Part shown: in pieces, positions 1 to 15,060 of the stretch
How the letters are laid out: the number at the start of each line of letters is the position of its first letter
How positions within the stretch are numbered: position 1 is the first letter of the stretch
Source of the DNA: Tubiluchus corallicola
Lineage: Eukaryota; Animalia; Priapulida
Reading direction: 5' to 3'
Length of the DNA: 64,000 nucleotides
Assembly: GCA_030141605.1 (NCBI GenBank)
Contig: JAQGDQ010000231.1
Span: 124,001 to 188,000 of the forward strand
Notes under the pieces: model-generated
Database searches by the model: none
Told to the model about the DNA's origin: nothing
Seen by the model: only the letters and a program-made list of their open reading frames with translations
Made by a program: the position numbers and the translations under genes

Positions 1-1831
1 AATGATATCATTAGTTGCTAGCTAATTTGGGAAAGTATTATACAAAAATTGTTGATAAATTTCACACAATGATGTGTCGGTCAGCTAATGATGTCTGCAA
101 TACTTACGTAGCTTATTGAGAATTGAGAGATAGAGCTCATATTTTGTTTTTGAACAGATGTACATATCAACAGTATATAAACTTGATGACTTAGCAATAT
201 AAGAAATCCTTGATAGATGCTACTAAGTTACTAACCTGATCACATGCACCTAATCTGAACATGGATCTGGTGCTCATGGTTTTCCCTTGTATTTTTGCAT
301 AATCTGTAATTATTATATTTTATACTGTTGCTGAGTTAGTAAGTATTTCATCATTTCACAAGTTATGTTAAAATATGGAACATTACAAGTAGTAGCAATA
401 GCTAGCACTAAAATCAGAGGGGTAGACCTGGTATCACTTGAAGTATCACCTTGAATCACTTGCGCATAGCAATACCATAATGTACCATGGGCTTTTCCTT
501 ATATTGAAGGGTTAAGCTTGGAAATTAGCCTCTCCCATGAATAGCTATAACAGTGTTAGTAAAAAGATCAGTCTCCAATGTGGTAGAACTTACAAATTTG
601 TAAGTAACTTGTTACTATCAAATCCTAGTGTTACTATTGTACTTTTGATTATTTATTTATAATGCTCTTTGGCCACACTTGTCATTATATTGGCAGAGAG
701 CAATCTAAAATGCTCAAAAGTATAATAGTAACATTCTACTTAAGTTACGTTCAGGTTGGCTAGATTTTTGACAGGTATGTGGATAATGCTTAGTAGCCTA
801 GATGCAGTGCGCCAAGTTACCAACCAGGCAGTGTTTGCTGCCAATGGGCTGATTGCAGGCTGTCACAGATGTGTCCTACTTCCTAGCCTCCCTGACCGTT
901 CCCGCGATTTATCATGGCATTTTGGTGTACTGTGTGCAACACGTGCAACGTGAATGGAAAATTGGCTGTTGTGTTTATTGAAATGTTTATAAATTTTTCT
1001 TCGTAATTATTTTTCGGGGCAGCGTTACAGTTATGGTGTTAAGTAATATTTGACTTTTGTGAAACTTGTGACAATTTTGTGAATGTATGTACGAACTGTG
1101 GTATCGTCCCTCATGGTAACGCGCTTTTATGTCAAATTTCTTTAGAGATGATCTCACTCATTTAGCCATGATTCACATGTGTGTTGAATAGATTAGCAAT
1201 TTTATTAACGAATCCAGACATTTGATAAACTTAACACTGGTAGACTGTGTGACTATTAAAATTGCTTTGCTTCTTCTGGCGACTTCTTAAAATTTGAATT
1301 AAAGCCACCAAAGTATAGTGTATTATAGCCGCATCATTGGGATTTGGTCCATTTAGATGAAATCTACAGGACAGTTGTCGTAATATTTCACTTTGTGAGC
1401 TCAGAGCATTCAGTCAGTTTTTGCTACATTTATAATGACTTTTTGAAATATGCAGCTTTAGTTCTCTAATTGGCACTAGAGAATTTGCTGCTAGGAGCTT
1501 TTTCTATATTCTAGGTTTTTGGTACACATTTTGTATGTGGCATAAATTATATGTATCAACTCTGTTATGTATTGGAGATCTATATTGCTTATGCATATTA
1601 GATTTTATAATTATTGCATTTCTTAGCAACTAAACACTGACTGTTCAGTTTTGAGAGCTTATTTGTAGTGGGTAAATGAACTTTGGAGCTCACTAGTTAT
1701 AATGTTTGCATCTAGGTCACTTGACTGCATCATTTTGTCAATGTTTGCACTAAGCTAAATACTAGGTCATTCTTCTAGTAAAGAAAGAATCATCTTAAAA
1801 TAAAGCATCAGACAACTGAAGTTTTGATATA

Positions 1832-2255
1832 CCGTATTTTCCCATGTATAAGAGACCCTTTTTTGCTCAGAATTTTCACTTTAAAAATAGGGGGTCTCTT
1901 ATACATGGGAGTAAGCCAACCCTAGGAGAAGTCTGCAGCTGGGTCCTCAAGGCATGGAATGGTGTAAAGCCAGAGGTCATTATTAAATCTTTCAAGAAGT
2001 GTGGCATCTCCAATGCCATGGACGGCACAGAGGACAATGCCATTTTTGAGCAGAGTGACTCCTCTGATGATGAACTGGCTGGAATTGCTGAAGGTCTGAC
2101 TCCAGTTGATATTTTTGATGAGAGTGATGAGGAATTTAATGATTTCTATAATGAATAAAGTTATTCATTCCCAAAAAACTTTTTTCCAGAATTTATGCCT
2201 AAAAATTGAAGGGGTCTCTTATACACAAGGGTCTCTTATACATGGGAAAATACGG
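1832..2255 (+). mobile_element. Non-autonomous pogo-family (Tc1/mariner superfamily) mini-transposon retaining the transposase C-terminus
   Basis: Perfect 29-bp TIRs (CCGTATTTTCCCATGTATAAGAGACCCTT) flanked by TA at 1830-1831 and 2256-2257; subterminal GGGTCTCTTATACA repeats; ORF 1844-2158 has WVLKAW..IIKSFKKCGISNAMDGTED plus an acidic tail, typical of pogo DDE_1 transposase C-termini. Confidence 0.9.
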
Positions 2256-2583
2256 TAGTTAGTCATAACATATTATAATTATAGGTATGGCAAAGTAATG
2301 ACTTAAATTTTTGTAATTTTCCATGTGCATGAATTGACTTTAAAAGTTTTTCCAATGTGATTCTCATAAAGCAGAAATGCATAGTGAGGTTTACAACTCT
2401 CCATGACGCAGATGTGCTGATTACTACATATGTTTGTGTATAGTGTTACTTGTGCATGTACTTCCAGTGCCTTACTGTTGTTTTCACTTTCGATGTTTGC
2501 TTCAGTGGTGTATTGTTGCAAGTAATATGTCTAGACATGAAACTGCTAAGTAGTGCTAGAATCCAAAAAAATACAAAGCGACA

Positions 2584-2865
2584 ATGAGTTCATTGGAGTC
2601 TAGTGAAAATAGTCCAAAGACATCAAAACGTGTTAGCTTTGATGCCTCAGCGTCTTCTGGCACACATTTACCACACATTCGCAGCAGTGCAACCTGGTCA
2701 CGGCTACTTGATTACCCCGATTTAATTGTTCGGTATGATCAAACAGAAGACAAAGATTTTCGGGAAGCTTATGCTAAGGTTGAAAGTGCTGTTGAACAGG
2801 GAATATTCCCTGAGTTAAATTGGAGAGGTTCCAGTGGAAGTTACTTATGCAAGAGTGCAGATAAT
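2584..2865 (+). CDS. PI4K2A: PI4K type II coding exon 1 (ATG to GSSGSYLCKSADN)
   Basis: ATG preceded by an in-frame TAG (2557-2559); GIFPE..GSSGSY motif; donor AAT|GTAAGT, phase 0. Confidence 0.85.
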
Positions 2866-4393
2866 GTAAGTAAATTTGTGCCATTATGTCTGTGTACTGG
2901 TAGACCTAATCTTCCAGATTTTATGTGCATTGTATTTTAATAATCTGTATTTCATAAAAGCAAAATTCATATTTGGATCTGTAATAGCAAGAATTTAGTG
3001 AGCAGACTGAGCCCGCTAGAGCAAAACTATATTAATTTTGCAAACTACATAGTACCAGTCATAGTACTAAGGCAAGTTGCACACGCTGCAGTCATTGGCA
3101 CCTGTCAACGTAATTTGTTATAATAACAAATTTACAAATAACCTTACAAAATCTGTGCTATGTGAAAAAAGCATTAGAACTACAGTAGTTTAAACTTTCG
3201 TCTCTCATGACATTAAATACAAAACAACCAAGCAAATTAATACAATTCTCTCTACATATTGCCATTGTCCTAAACAAAACCATATATTTTCACCATAATG
3301 ACACGAATGTCATAAATGTTAATTAGCCAAATAAACTGATCAACCGACATGCACTGAGCATTAAGTAAACAAGGCGACAACTAGTGACAGGCATTGTTGT
3401 TGCTGCAAAAATATTCTTTAAATTATCTTGTTATGAGACCATAGTTTTCCTTGCATCAAGTATGTAAATGCATGTATGTGTACAGTATTTAAGTGGTTTG
3501 CGACACTGTGGAACACAGCACACTCACCCGCATCAGCTGCTGCCATTGTATCATACTTGCATGTCATTTAAGTATCTTTACTGTGTCGTTTGTTGACTGA
3601 ATCCTGGTAGTTGTAGAAAGTTGGTTGTAATGCTTCACTTAATACTATTTTAGTAGAAAGAAATTTATTAGATTAACATTATCACTTGGTTGCAAATAAC
3701 AAAGTTACTGACATGAAAGAAGGCATAAGATGAGTAGTTATCAGGTACTCATTTCCGTAAACTGAGAACACATTTCTATAAACTAAGTGAACTGCTTTTC
3801 ACATTGGCTTAAAGTTAACAGATATATTAATTATCATGATACAGTATTTATTACAAAGCTTACAAAATGTTTACAGAAGTTTCATGTTTCAATTACCTGG
3901 CAACTAATGACATCATTAATTAATTATATTATGACTGTGGTTGCCAGAATGTAATTAATACGTCATAATCTAAGTAATTAATGAAGTTTTGTTTTGTAGC
4001 TACCTATATGGTGTACAGTATGTATATAGAGTATACATAGTGTACAGCAGTTAATTTAGTTGAATTTACATATCTTGTAATAAGCCTATATTTGTATAGA
4101 CAAACCCACTTAAAATGAATCTGATTAACTTGCATTAATTCTCGGATCTTATTGAACTGCTCTGTCTATAAACTTAGTCACGTAATTTGTACTTCTCGTA
4201 ACTCATAGCTAACAGGACTTGCATTAATGCGAAGTGTAGATTGAGTGTCAACTTTATTTAACCCAAATACTGTTACACATTAACTGGCATACATGAAGTT
4301 TCAGTACTTCCTTCATAATAGTCTTTCTTGCGAATTTCTCTTTCTGACAATGCCATTGCTTACTTGTCATGTCTGTATAATATAAATATAAAC

Positions 4394-4761
4394 TAGGTGT
4401 GAGCATTCTCTATCAGAAAGCAAATTCGAGTCAAATTGTTTACTTTCAAACTGAAATTTCAGGGTTTCAAATCTGATTCGAATACAGTTTTAAAGATTTT
4501 TGAATAAATTTTTGAATCATAAATAAAAAATCAGTCTTGCAAAAGTCCTACGTATTGCTTGATTTTGTTCTGCAATAATTTTTGTATGAAAATTGCACAC
4601 ATTGCATGCTTATTGCATGTTGTTTCAACATTTTGATGATAAAGAACATAATGCATAGTTGAAGTGGTAAATTATTCGCTTCTGTACTTTTAGGTTCTAA
4701 TCGAGTTTGATTGAAAACAAACTTGTTTGTATCATAATTGAATGCTTGATGCTCACCCCTA
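4394..4761. mobile_element. Possible old hAT (Ac-type) MITE in PI4K2 intron 1
   Basis: Ends TAGGTGTGAGCAT / ATGCTCACCCCTA (12 of 13 inverted match) and internal ATTCGA repeats; no recognisable 8-bp TSD. Confidence 0.4.
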
Positions 4762-5180
4762 ACATTTATAAGGCTTACTTCTGAAATTTCCATCTCTCTA
4801 TGTCGACCATTGCTCATCTTTTCAAACACACTATGTTTTGCTGCTCTGGGTGGCATCAAGCATAAACCTAAGCTGTTTACCTCATGGAGGGAAGATGTCT
4901 ATACATCCAAACTATGGCTGAGACTCCTCTGCAAATTCACTAACTCATTTTAGAGGTATATCCTTGTTGATGAATCAGGCTTCAGGCGCATCACAAACAT
5001 TCCTTTGAGTATACCCTGTTTTTGAGAACTTACTTGAGAACAAAAAGTGTGAACAGACATTAGTTAGCCAGTGATAAAAAATTCCAGTCAATCTGTAATC
5101 AGTAATAGCTATTATACTCGCTAATCAATAAAAATGCCTCTAAAATTTGAGCAGACTTACCAAAACGCCCAAAAGTTTGA

Positions 5181-5369
<189 letters not shown>

Positions 5370-6058
5370 TGAGATATACCACAGTATGGTTGCGCTAGGC
5401 AAAAACTTTCTGCTTTTTCACATGGGTAAAGGTCTCATTGTTTTCAAGACTCAATCCCAAAAATGTAATTCTTGGAGTCCAAGGTCATAAAATCACTATT
5501 ACACAGAATTCAAAGTGCTAAAATTTGGGTGTGCATTTTGATTTGCTGTATATTAGTATAGGTTGCATATTAACATTTGCAAAACACTGTTATAAAATTA
5601 ATTATATAGGTGAATGCGAATGTTTTGTATTCTACTGTTTCCCCAAGTGTGCTACTGCAAACTTCCTTACTGTTAACCTCACTATCGCACTTAGGAACAA
5701 TCACCTTTATCCACATTGTTTCGTACACATTAGTCTCTAAAAATAGCAGGTAGTAATGAGAGAGGGAGGGTAGGAGGGTGGAGATTGAAGAGAGAGAAAG
5801 AGATTAGGAGGAGACATAGACAATAAAGAGAGGCAATGGAAATAATAAAAAAGACAGGAGAAGGGTGAGCGAAAAAGGAAGAGAGCACGAACAGCAATAG
5901 CATCAACAGCAACAATGGCAACATCAACAACAAAAACTATGTTGCTTTTCTTATAGCTTTTTACATTTGATAATCACATCAGATTGACCAGCTCTAGTTT
6001 CCAAAAGGTATTAAACCATTTTTACTCCATCTGCAATGGTCTTGGTACATAGCCTTGA

Positions 6059-6373
<315 letters not shown>

Positions 6374-6625
6374 TAACTGGATGACTTACTGACCCACCGA
6401 CCTGTTGACTGACAATAGACTCTGTTAGGCCTGGTCACTTCACCTTGCAAAGTTAACTTGAATTATCAATACTTGCACTACTTTGTTTTGCATATATGTA
6501 CATTGTGCAATACCGTGCAGTGTAAAATGGGACTTTTTGCATATTAGGGTTAATTTAATATTGTGTAGTGCAATAAAACTGTTTAGAAATGTAAAATAAC
6601 CTGTTGCTGTAATTATATTTATTAG

Positions 6626-6763
<138 letters not shown>

Positions 6764-8691
6764 TGATAAACATTAGCTTGTGTTTGCCAAGTAGTGCCAC
6801 TACTGTAATTCACTATTCTTTCTTTATGGTATTACAATTACTTTACAGGGAGAGCAAAACTCATTAAATTATTATTTTCTTTGCTGATGAATAACTGCTT
6901 CATAAAAGCAAAAGCACTTCGTCACCTCCACTTCCTCGCTTATTGGGACAACCTAAACTGTCCTAATTGTCACGGTTTTTGTATGCTGTATCTGGTTGTG
7001 GTTCATATTTGTCTTGATAGTTTAATATATAATATATGAGTATGAGTTCTTTTTGATGGGTATTTACAGGTATCTCAAAAATCACAATAGCCCTTTCCTG
7101 TGTGTTCTGCGCACGATAATATACAAGCCTGTACAAGATATTGTTACAAAATTGTTCCTCAATGAACAAATCTGAACTTTGACAGTACTATAGTGCTGAA
7201 CAGTTACGTAATGATACCATTATGTTTAAACAGGAGTAACTGTAGTGAGTAACTCTCTACTTTTCATTGAAAACACAATTGTAACAGTAGTGCCTCTAAC
7301 ATTTTACTGGAGTAATTGTAGTTAGTAATTTGCTACTTTTTAGGCAGTAGTTGGTAACTGTAACTTCACATTATGAAAGTTGAAAGTTACCCAACACTCC
7401 TGAATGCATATAGTACTACATAACACATTATGCTGGTGGCAAAATGGAGTCTTCTGCTTTGCAGCAATACAGGAAGAGAAAATGGTTATTTGCTGTGTAA
7501 GCATTTGCTTACAAAACAGAAAATTGTAGAGTCATCGTCCTGCTACTACTAAATAACGTTTGAGCTGGATCTAGAAAAAGAACAGGACTTTTGTAGGTCC
7601 ACAACCATACATAGTTGCACACCATGAAAAACAAATGTTTACTAACTAGCAGTTGAACAAAGACAGTATTTTAGTCTGTATTTAGTAGGGAATTTGCGGC
7701 TGCATTTATTCCTAAACAAACACCTTAGTTGCTTGACATTCTGAATTTTTCCCAAAAAATCTACAATTTGGCATTCTTAGGCCACAGCTGTAAGGTATGA
7801 CCTTCAACAATTTCCAAGTTTAAAATGATAGCAGTTTTTAATGTTTCATTTTTCTTGCAACAGATGTCACCACATTTTGCATATTGTACTATTACTGTCG
7901 CTATTTACAATCTTCTGTGACAATCTTCTGAAATCATTATTGCGAAGAATGAAGCTGGGTACTTTTAACACTGAAAAAATTCTTTGTGGCAAGAATTTGT
8001 ATGTTTCATAAAAAATTCCATGGTAAAGAAAGAAAGAACGTGAGGTTAAGAACATGATGTTTCATACTTCCATTGTGGATGTTGGCAGATGAAAATGAAA
8101 ATGCACGAACAATCACCAAACACTAATAATAAATGTTAAAGCATTCACTATTAAAACAAAAAATGATAATATACAGGCTTAATATTATACTTTATATTAG
8201 AGGTTAGATAAAAAGAGTCGAAGGAGTGAAACTGTTTGTGGTGTGTTATCTGCAAATTAGTAGAGACATGTGGTTTTTGCAACTGTGTTATTGTCAATAG
8301 TTTAGTGTGGTCTCTGCGATTAGTGACTGTTTTAACACTATAAATCAAAAAATAGTATTTAATGAATGTTTGGGGCATTTCTTTGTCACGTAAAGGTTCT
8401 TTTTTATTATTTTTTTACTAAATTCTAATTGTTTAATTCAAGTTCCTATGGCAGCACGTATTAGCCCCACAATTGCCAACACCGTATACAGATGTACATT
8501 CCTTTAAAAGTGACGGGCTTTGTAGTTTTCAGTTGTTATTATTCAACGAAGTTCAACAGAACAATGTATTAGTACGGTGAAAATACTCCTAACCCTTTTT
8601 TTTCACGAATAGCTTGCTCTGCACCTTGTAGTTTGTATGGAAAGTGTTATGAGTGTACCTCAGAACAGTTTCATACTTGTGCACATAGTGA

Positions 8692-8934
<243 letters not shown>

Positions 8935-9550
8935 TAAAACTATAGGTATCCAGTATTGAGATACAAGGATTTAAGTGTCATCAGCATTTTCATACCTAAT
9001 GTATTTTAGTTGTTGTAAAAAATAAAAAAAATTAAAAAAAATGTTTATTTTATAAAGAAATATCGTTTATATTTATTAGCTGCATATCAAGTAGAAATCA
9101 TGTTGATCATTCTTGTAAACTCGGCTTTTGTTTCCTAACCGGTCATGTAACTTACAAGCAGCTGTTTAGTTGCTAGTAACACCTTGAAACATTCTGAAAT
9201 AATTAAATGTGTTCATGAGATCATTTTTTCACAGATACCTCAATTTTTTGACCACCAGTGCAGCTATACAGAAGAGTACATACAGTCATTTGCTAAAGTT
9301 TAAGACCACTGTGATTTTTTAAAGAAATCGTTGTTTAGTATTTGCATCAAAATCTATTAGTTGGTTTTGCCAAATTAATATACTGCAGCATAGTTTGAAA
9401 ACTTTCGTCTTAGAAAAACTTTCGCAAATGACTGTACAATTTGAAATCTAAATAAATGGATGTTTTTGTTTATTAAATCAGTGCCCATTAAGTCATTAGC
9501 ATGGCATCGTATATATTCTCGAAATGAGACCAAAAAGTTTATTTTTTCAG

Positions 9551-9627
9551 ATAGGGGAAACGATAACTGGCTAATCAAGTATGACAAACCAGAGTTGGAA
9601 GAAGAAAACCAAAATGCACAGGGAGAG
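9551..9627 (+). CDS. PI4K2A: PI4K type II exon 6 (DRGNDNWLIKYDKPELEEENQNAQGE), followed by a GC-AG intron
   Basis: TTTTTCAG acceptor; GAG|GCAAGT gives the phase-0 junction required by exon 7. Confidence 0.88.
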
Positions 9628-11971
9628 GCAAGTCAATTTACAATCTAGAATACATATTTATTAATATGTTTTTGAGCGATATTTAGTAAAGCCACCTTAA
9701 AGTACTCCAAACTAAAAAATAATTGGGTTCAGTTTGGTTGTTATGAAAACTTATCACCATGTTGGGTATTGCACTAATCAAAACTCTTCATAGAAGCGTG
9801 AACGCTTTACTGAAAAAATAAACACCTAATTAAGCTGCCACGTTTGCCATGAGGTCTCGTAAACATGCAATATGGCGTATTGTGACTTCAGTGACTCCTG
9901 TACGAAAACATCTAGGCAGAAACATGTTCAGATCATTTATACTCAGGAAGTAGCTTTTTTATCAATTCTTTCTTTAGCTTATAGCTTTAAACAATTTCTT
10001 TTTGGTATTTTATAATTTGGAATATTGTCTGAACCTCAAAGTACTTATGAGTTCAATTCTATGGGTAGCCTAGGTTGAGCTAAAGCTCGATTGATAAACT
10101 AGTATATCACAGTACTGTAGTCAAAACCGATTCGCGGCCATTCTCGTTTGTTTGTGCCACTGATGGCAGTTGTATGTTGCAGTTAACTTACAATAGTTAG
10201 TACAGGAATGAGTTGCTAATTTTATAAACCAAGTTAATTAGTTGTATTGACTCTGGTTTGTTTTGTGGTACTGCGGTACACATCTTGATTTTTCAAATAG
10301 ATCATGATATTTAATGGTGCATGCAAAATTTTTTGTGATATCCAGTCTTAATATACATGTGTTGAGTCAGTAAACCTGAAACAATTTTGTAGTTATAAGT
10401 TTGTAGTCATAAGCCTGTAGACACAAGGTTAAGATCAGTAGTCCCTGATCAAACCCACAAGAACGAAATAACGTCACATGTGATGCTGCATATTTCGGAA
10501 GAAATCCTCCAATCATCCAATCATGACACATGCCTTGCAAGAGCTGATTGCAAAATAAACGTGAGAATTTTTAAAAATAAAAATTTGTTATTTAGAAGCT
10601 CGTGAAGCATATCGCTTATAAATTTTTATGAAACCTGTTTAACAAGACACAGTGAATGCTTTGAACTTATAGGGTATTACCGTTTAGAACCCTTTAAGAC
10701 ATGTTGATTCAACTGATGTAACTGAAACAAAGTTACAAAATTGACACTGTCATTAACTGTACTAGTTGCTAGTGTGAAAAAAAGCAAGTTTAGTAAAATT
10801 TTTAAATATAATACTACAATACACTCTAGTTAATCCTCAGATAATAATTATAAACCTTGCAGCCACATTCATTGAAACAAAAAGAAATTACTTTAAGGAA
10901 TTTGTCACTTATTATGTCTAAAGTTTGCTAGTTTACAATACTATCATGTCATGATAGTTTAATTAGGTTATTTAACAATTATTTCCATTATGCTAAGTGA
11001 CACTAATTAGGCTCACAATGCATCGTAGCAGGGTAGTACTTGTTAGGTGGCGCATAAGTCCGTATTGATAAGTTTGGTTTGCTACCCTACTAGTAAGTCT
11101 GTTTGTTTACAAATTTGGCTGTTTAATAAATCCACTTGGCCTCACCCAGTTGGATTTGTTAACTGTAATATGCGTTATTTGTTTTGGAAAGTTTTCAATT
11201 CACTTTCATTTTAGATATCCGAGAATTTAAGACAATAATTCAGTGATTAGATTTCTTTATTAGTTAGTGGCTGGGTTTTTAACGTATTAAACTTACAGTT
11301 TATATTGTTTATTGTTCATGATAGTAATTGGCCCAACGAGACTGTCATAGTATTACATGAAGTATCGTTAAATAAACTGTATTTCCAAAGCTGAATGTAT
11401 TGGTTTATTACGCTAGATTTTACTGAGAAATCCGTAATTATGCTTTTGTTTTCAAAACCGAAAAGCACCTTACTACTATAAAGAATGCGCAAATTTACTG
11501 AATTTTTAAATGCATTTTGTACAGTATAGGGCTATATATGCTAATATTAGCTTCAAATATAAGTTGTCAAGTTAATTTCTTGTACTAGCTGCACATTCTT
11601 TTTTCGCAGTAATACAGTAACAACAAAAGCAAACAAATGCTTGTGTTTTATACCTCCAGGAACAAACCTTTGCAAATTCTCTTGAATTATATTTTTATAC
11701 CCATTTACACTGTATTGACAGCATTGTTCTAGCAGTTTAAATGCAAACAAAATGACAATTGGCGAACATAAAGCTCGAGAACACACCATGTAGATGATCA
11801 AAAAACAGACACTGTTATATTTGTGCATAAAGTGTACAAATTCATTATTATTCCAACAAAGAGTCGCTTGATGAGTCCACCTATTCTGGTAGTGATATTC
11901 TAATATCAAGAAATTGTGATTAAGTTCAATTCAAACTGCAAAATAAATTAATGATGTTTGTGCTTATTTAG

Positions 11972-12076
<105 letters not shown>

Positions 12077-13110
12077 TAAAGAGAAAGCACAAGTATGAAT
12101 GTATATGTAGGTTCTTGTGGGAGTGCAACAGTCTATTTGTATTGTAACAGTCTATTTGTATTGTAACTGGCTTTTCTGACTATTTTTACACATTGATATT
12201 ACACGGATCGCAAAACGTCAATCAACCAGTGGTGTCCACCACACGACGGCCAGTTATCCTTTCATCCTTCTTCACCTGAGTTGCACAACAAAAGCGGCTC
12301 CCAAACACTGACAGAAAATGCATTAAAATATACTGCGACAGTTATATTAAAGTTTATATCATTATTATTATTTTTATTTTCTCCAACCATACAAGATTTC
12401 TGCAGCTGAAATTTGTCTAGCAGTGGTACAGAGACATTATAGTGCTGAAACATTATGTTTGAGTAATAGTTATGTAGGCGTATACTGCATGAAAAGATTA
12501 GAAATGCTCAGGTTATCAATTTCTCCAAGCCAAAAAACCCACACAAATCTGCCGTTGAAAAGGTGTCTCCTAGTTATATATATATGTATATATATATATA
12601 TATATAACATGAGCTAAGCCTTCAAATTAACAAAAACACTGTCTGTCCCAAGATAATTAGTTTCCCATTTTTTAATTAAAGATTTTATGATGTTATAAGA
12701 GATTGCCAAATACTACTATTGTATTAATGTTTGTACCACATTTTTCCCGTACCCAATTTTCCCAGTGCTAATATTTCGCTGTACCAAAAATCCCTAGTAC
12801 CAAAATTTTTCCATGTTTTTCTGTTTGTTTATATACTGTAAGCACTTGCAGCGAGGAAGTTCATGAGAATGCGTGTCCCGTCACAAAGCTGGGCGGGGCT
12901 AAACATGTAATCTGTGTATTGTCTTGCAGTTAGATATTATTTGTATCATTTCTGACACTGATGCGCTGATGATTTTGAGCTTGGAAAGCATGCACTTGTT
13001 GTGGGAAAGTGCACAATTGCGCGACATTCGACACATTTATGAGAAATTGTACTTGCAATCTCCAGAAATTGATCTAAGAAAAGAGAGAGTAGTTTAAATA
13101 CATTATAGCG

Positions 13111-13599
13111 AATGGGTTCCCAACCGGGCTAGTCCAAAAACTATTTTTAAACGGTACTGTTTTCATGAAAAGTATGTAAGTAGGTCTTGTTTCCTAAGCC
13201 TCGCATTACATCATTTTGTTCTAGAAAGTGAAACTGGGTTTTCCCACTCTAAATGCGGTATACCAGTGCTTGATATACCGGGAAAATGAAAATGCGCATT
13301 GTTTCGAACAGTGTACACCGCCCAAAAGCGTATCCGCTATACATTTTACGTCGGGTCTCCTTATATACCTTTTGCATTGCAATATTGGTTGCTCAGAAAC
13401 AGGTGCAACCATCACATGAAGGAATTAATCAAACAACCACTCATTGTTCAATAATCTGTTAAATAATAAGTTAAAATTAATAAATGCGAACAATAATGAT
13501 GTATAATAGTATATCATGAGATTATGTTCTTCGTGGGGTCGTGATATGATGCAGGATTCTGGAAAGAGTTCATCGTCAACAAAAGGTTGGGAACCACTG
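13111..13599 (+). mobile_element. hAT (Charlie/Buster-like) non-autonomous element with a transposase 3' remnant
   Basis: Right TIR GGTTGGGAACCACTG, degenerate left TIR ..GGTTCCCAACC; TSD TTATAGCG/TTATAGCA; remnants translate as ETGFS and LVAQKQVQPSH, resembling Buster/ZBED5-type transposase C-termini. Confidence 0.7.
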
Positions 13600-14008
13600 T
13601 TATAGCATATATATTTTAATGACTAGAAATGGACAGAACATTGATAATACTTCAAACAATGACGAGTTGGTGAATTAGACATTATTAATGGTACTTATAG
13701 CTTGCTAAGAGTACATATAGTACATGTACATATGATATTTCAGTTAGCTAGTGTATTGTGTATCTGCAGATTTATTTCATTTGCTGTAATCAACTTGGTA
13801 TTGAAGTTACAAACAACTTCTGATCACAGCTAATGGTGAATGTATGTTATCAGAGTGTTAAGTTTGGAGGTGTTAGAAAATAATAAATTCTGCGAGTTAA
13901 CGCAATTCAAAACACATTTATTGTAGTATGGAAAAAATTGTCTGAAATTGTGGTTATAGCTAGCTTCATGTGTACAAAGTAACCGATGTGTGATAATAGT
14001 AATATTAA

Positions 14009-14215
<207 letters not shown>

Positions 14216-14542
14216 TAATTTTGTATTATTGTCACATACACAAATTTGATCACATTTGGTGCCAAAATCTCATGACATTTGGGCATGAAACCAAGGAAAT
14301 ATATGAGTATGAAAAAACGTAATGCCTCATGGATTTTGTTAGTTGCAGGTGGATAGGTATCACACAGTTAAATCCTGTCGATTTAATGTGTGAGTCAAAA
14401 AAGTTTGTTTTAAAAAATTATTTATGAAAGACTCTATGTTTGCGAAAGGGAAAAATTACCATGTCAGTTTTTATTTTCCCCATAATGGCTAGTTTTGTCA
14501 TTATGTGTAGTGCATCCTGTATATGTTTGTCTTTGTGTTTAG

Positions 14543-14602
14543 GTTGACAAAGGATTTGATAAACATGTGTTTGAAAAGCAAATGTCTGTGATGAGAGGAC
14601 AG
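14543..14602 (+). CDS. PI4K2A: PI4K type II exon 9 (VDKGFDKHVFEKQMSVMRGQ)
   Basis: GTTTAG acceptor, CAG|GTATGT donor, 20 codons. Confidence 0.95.
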
Positions 14603-14883
14603 GTATGTACTGCTTACTAACTCTGCTCACCGCCCATCTACACTTACGGCTCAAAGGCCAAAGTAAAGAATTCTTGTGTTATAAAACTTACTGACCACTT
14701 CAATTGTAATGTAACAGTATTAGGTCCATAGGATCGAGCTGCCATTAGCGGGGTACATGACATTCTCGGGCGTGGGACATTTGGGCATATGGACACTTGG
14801 GTTCCAATAATATTTAATGTAGCACCCTAAGTTTTTATGCCCCGACTTTGGCTTTTTTGCATCTGTGTGCATTTTGCTTGCAG

Positions 14884-15060
14884 ATTTTGAATCTTACACA
14901 AGCATTGAAAGACGACAAGTCACCCATGCAGCTGGTTCAAATGCCTGTGGTTATGATTGAGCGGTGCAAAAGCGAACATGCTAAGGGTCGAATCCGATCA
15001 TTCAGCGATCATTTCACGCAAAGTTTTCAGGAGAGGGCACCATTTTTTTCTTGGTGTTAG
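14884..15060 (+). CDS. PI4K2A: PI4K type II terminal exon ([10 protein letters not shown]...RAPFFSWC*)
   Basis: TTGCAG acceptor; conserved C-terminus; TAG at 15058-15060; AATAAA hexamers downstream (~15403, ~15480). Confidence 0.95.
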   Translation: MLNLTQALKDDKSPMQLVQMPVVMIERCKSEHAKGRIRSFSDHFTQSFQERAPFFSWC

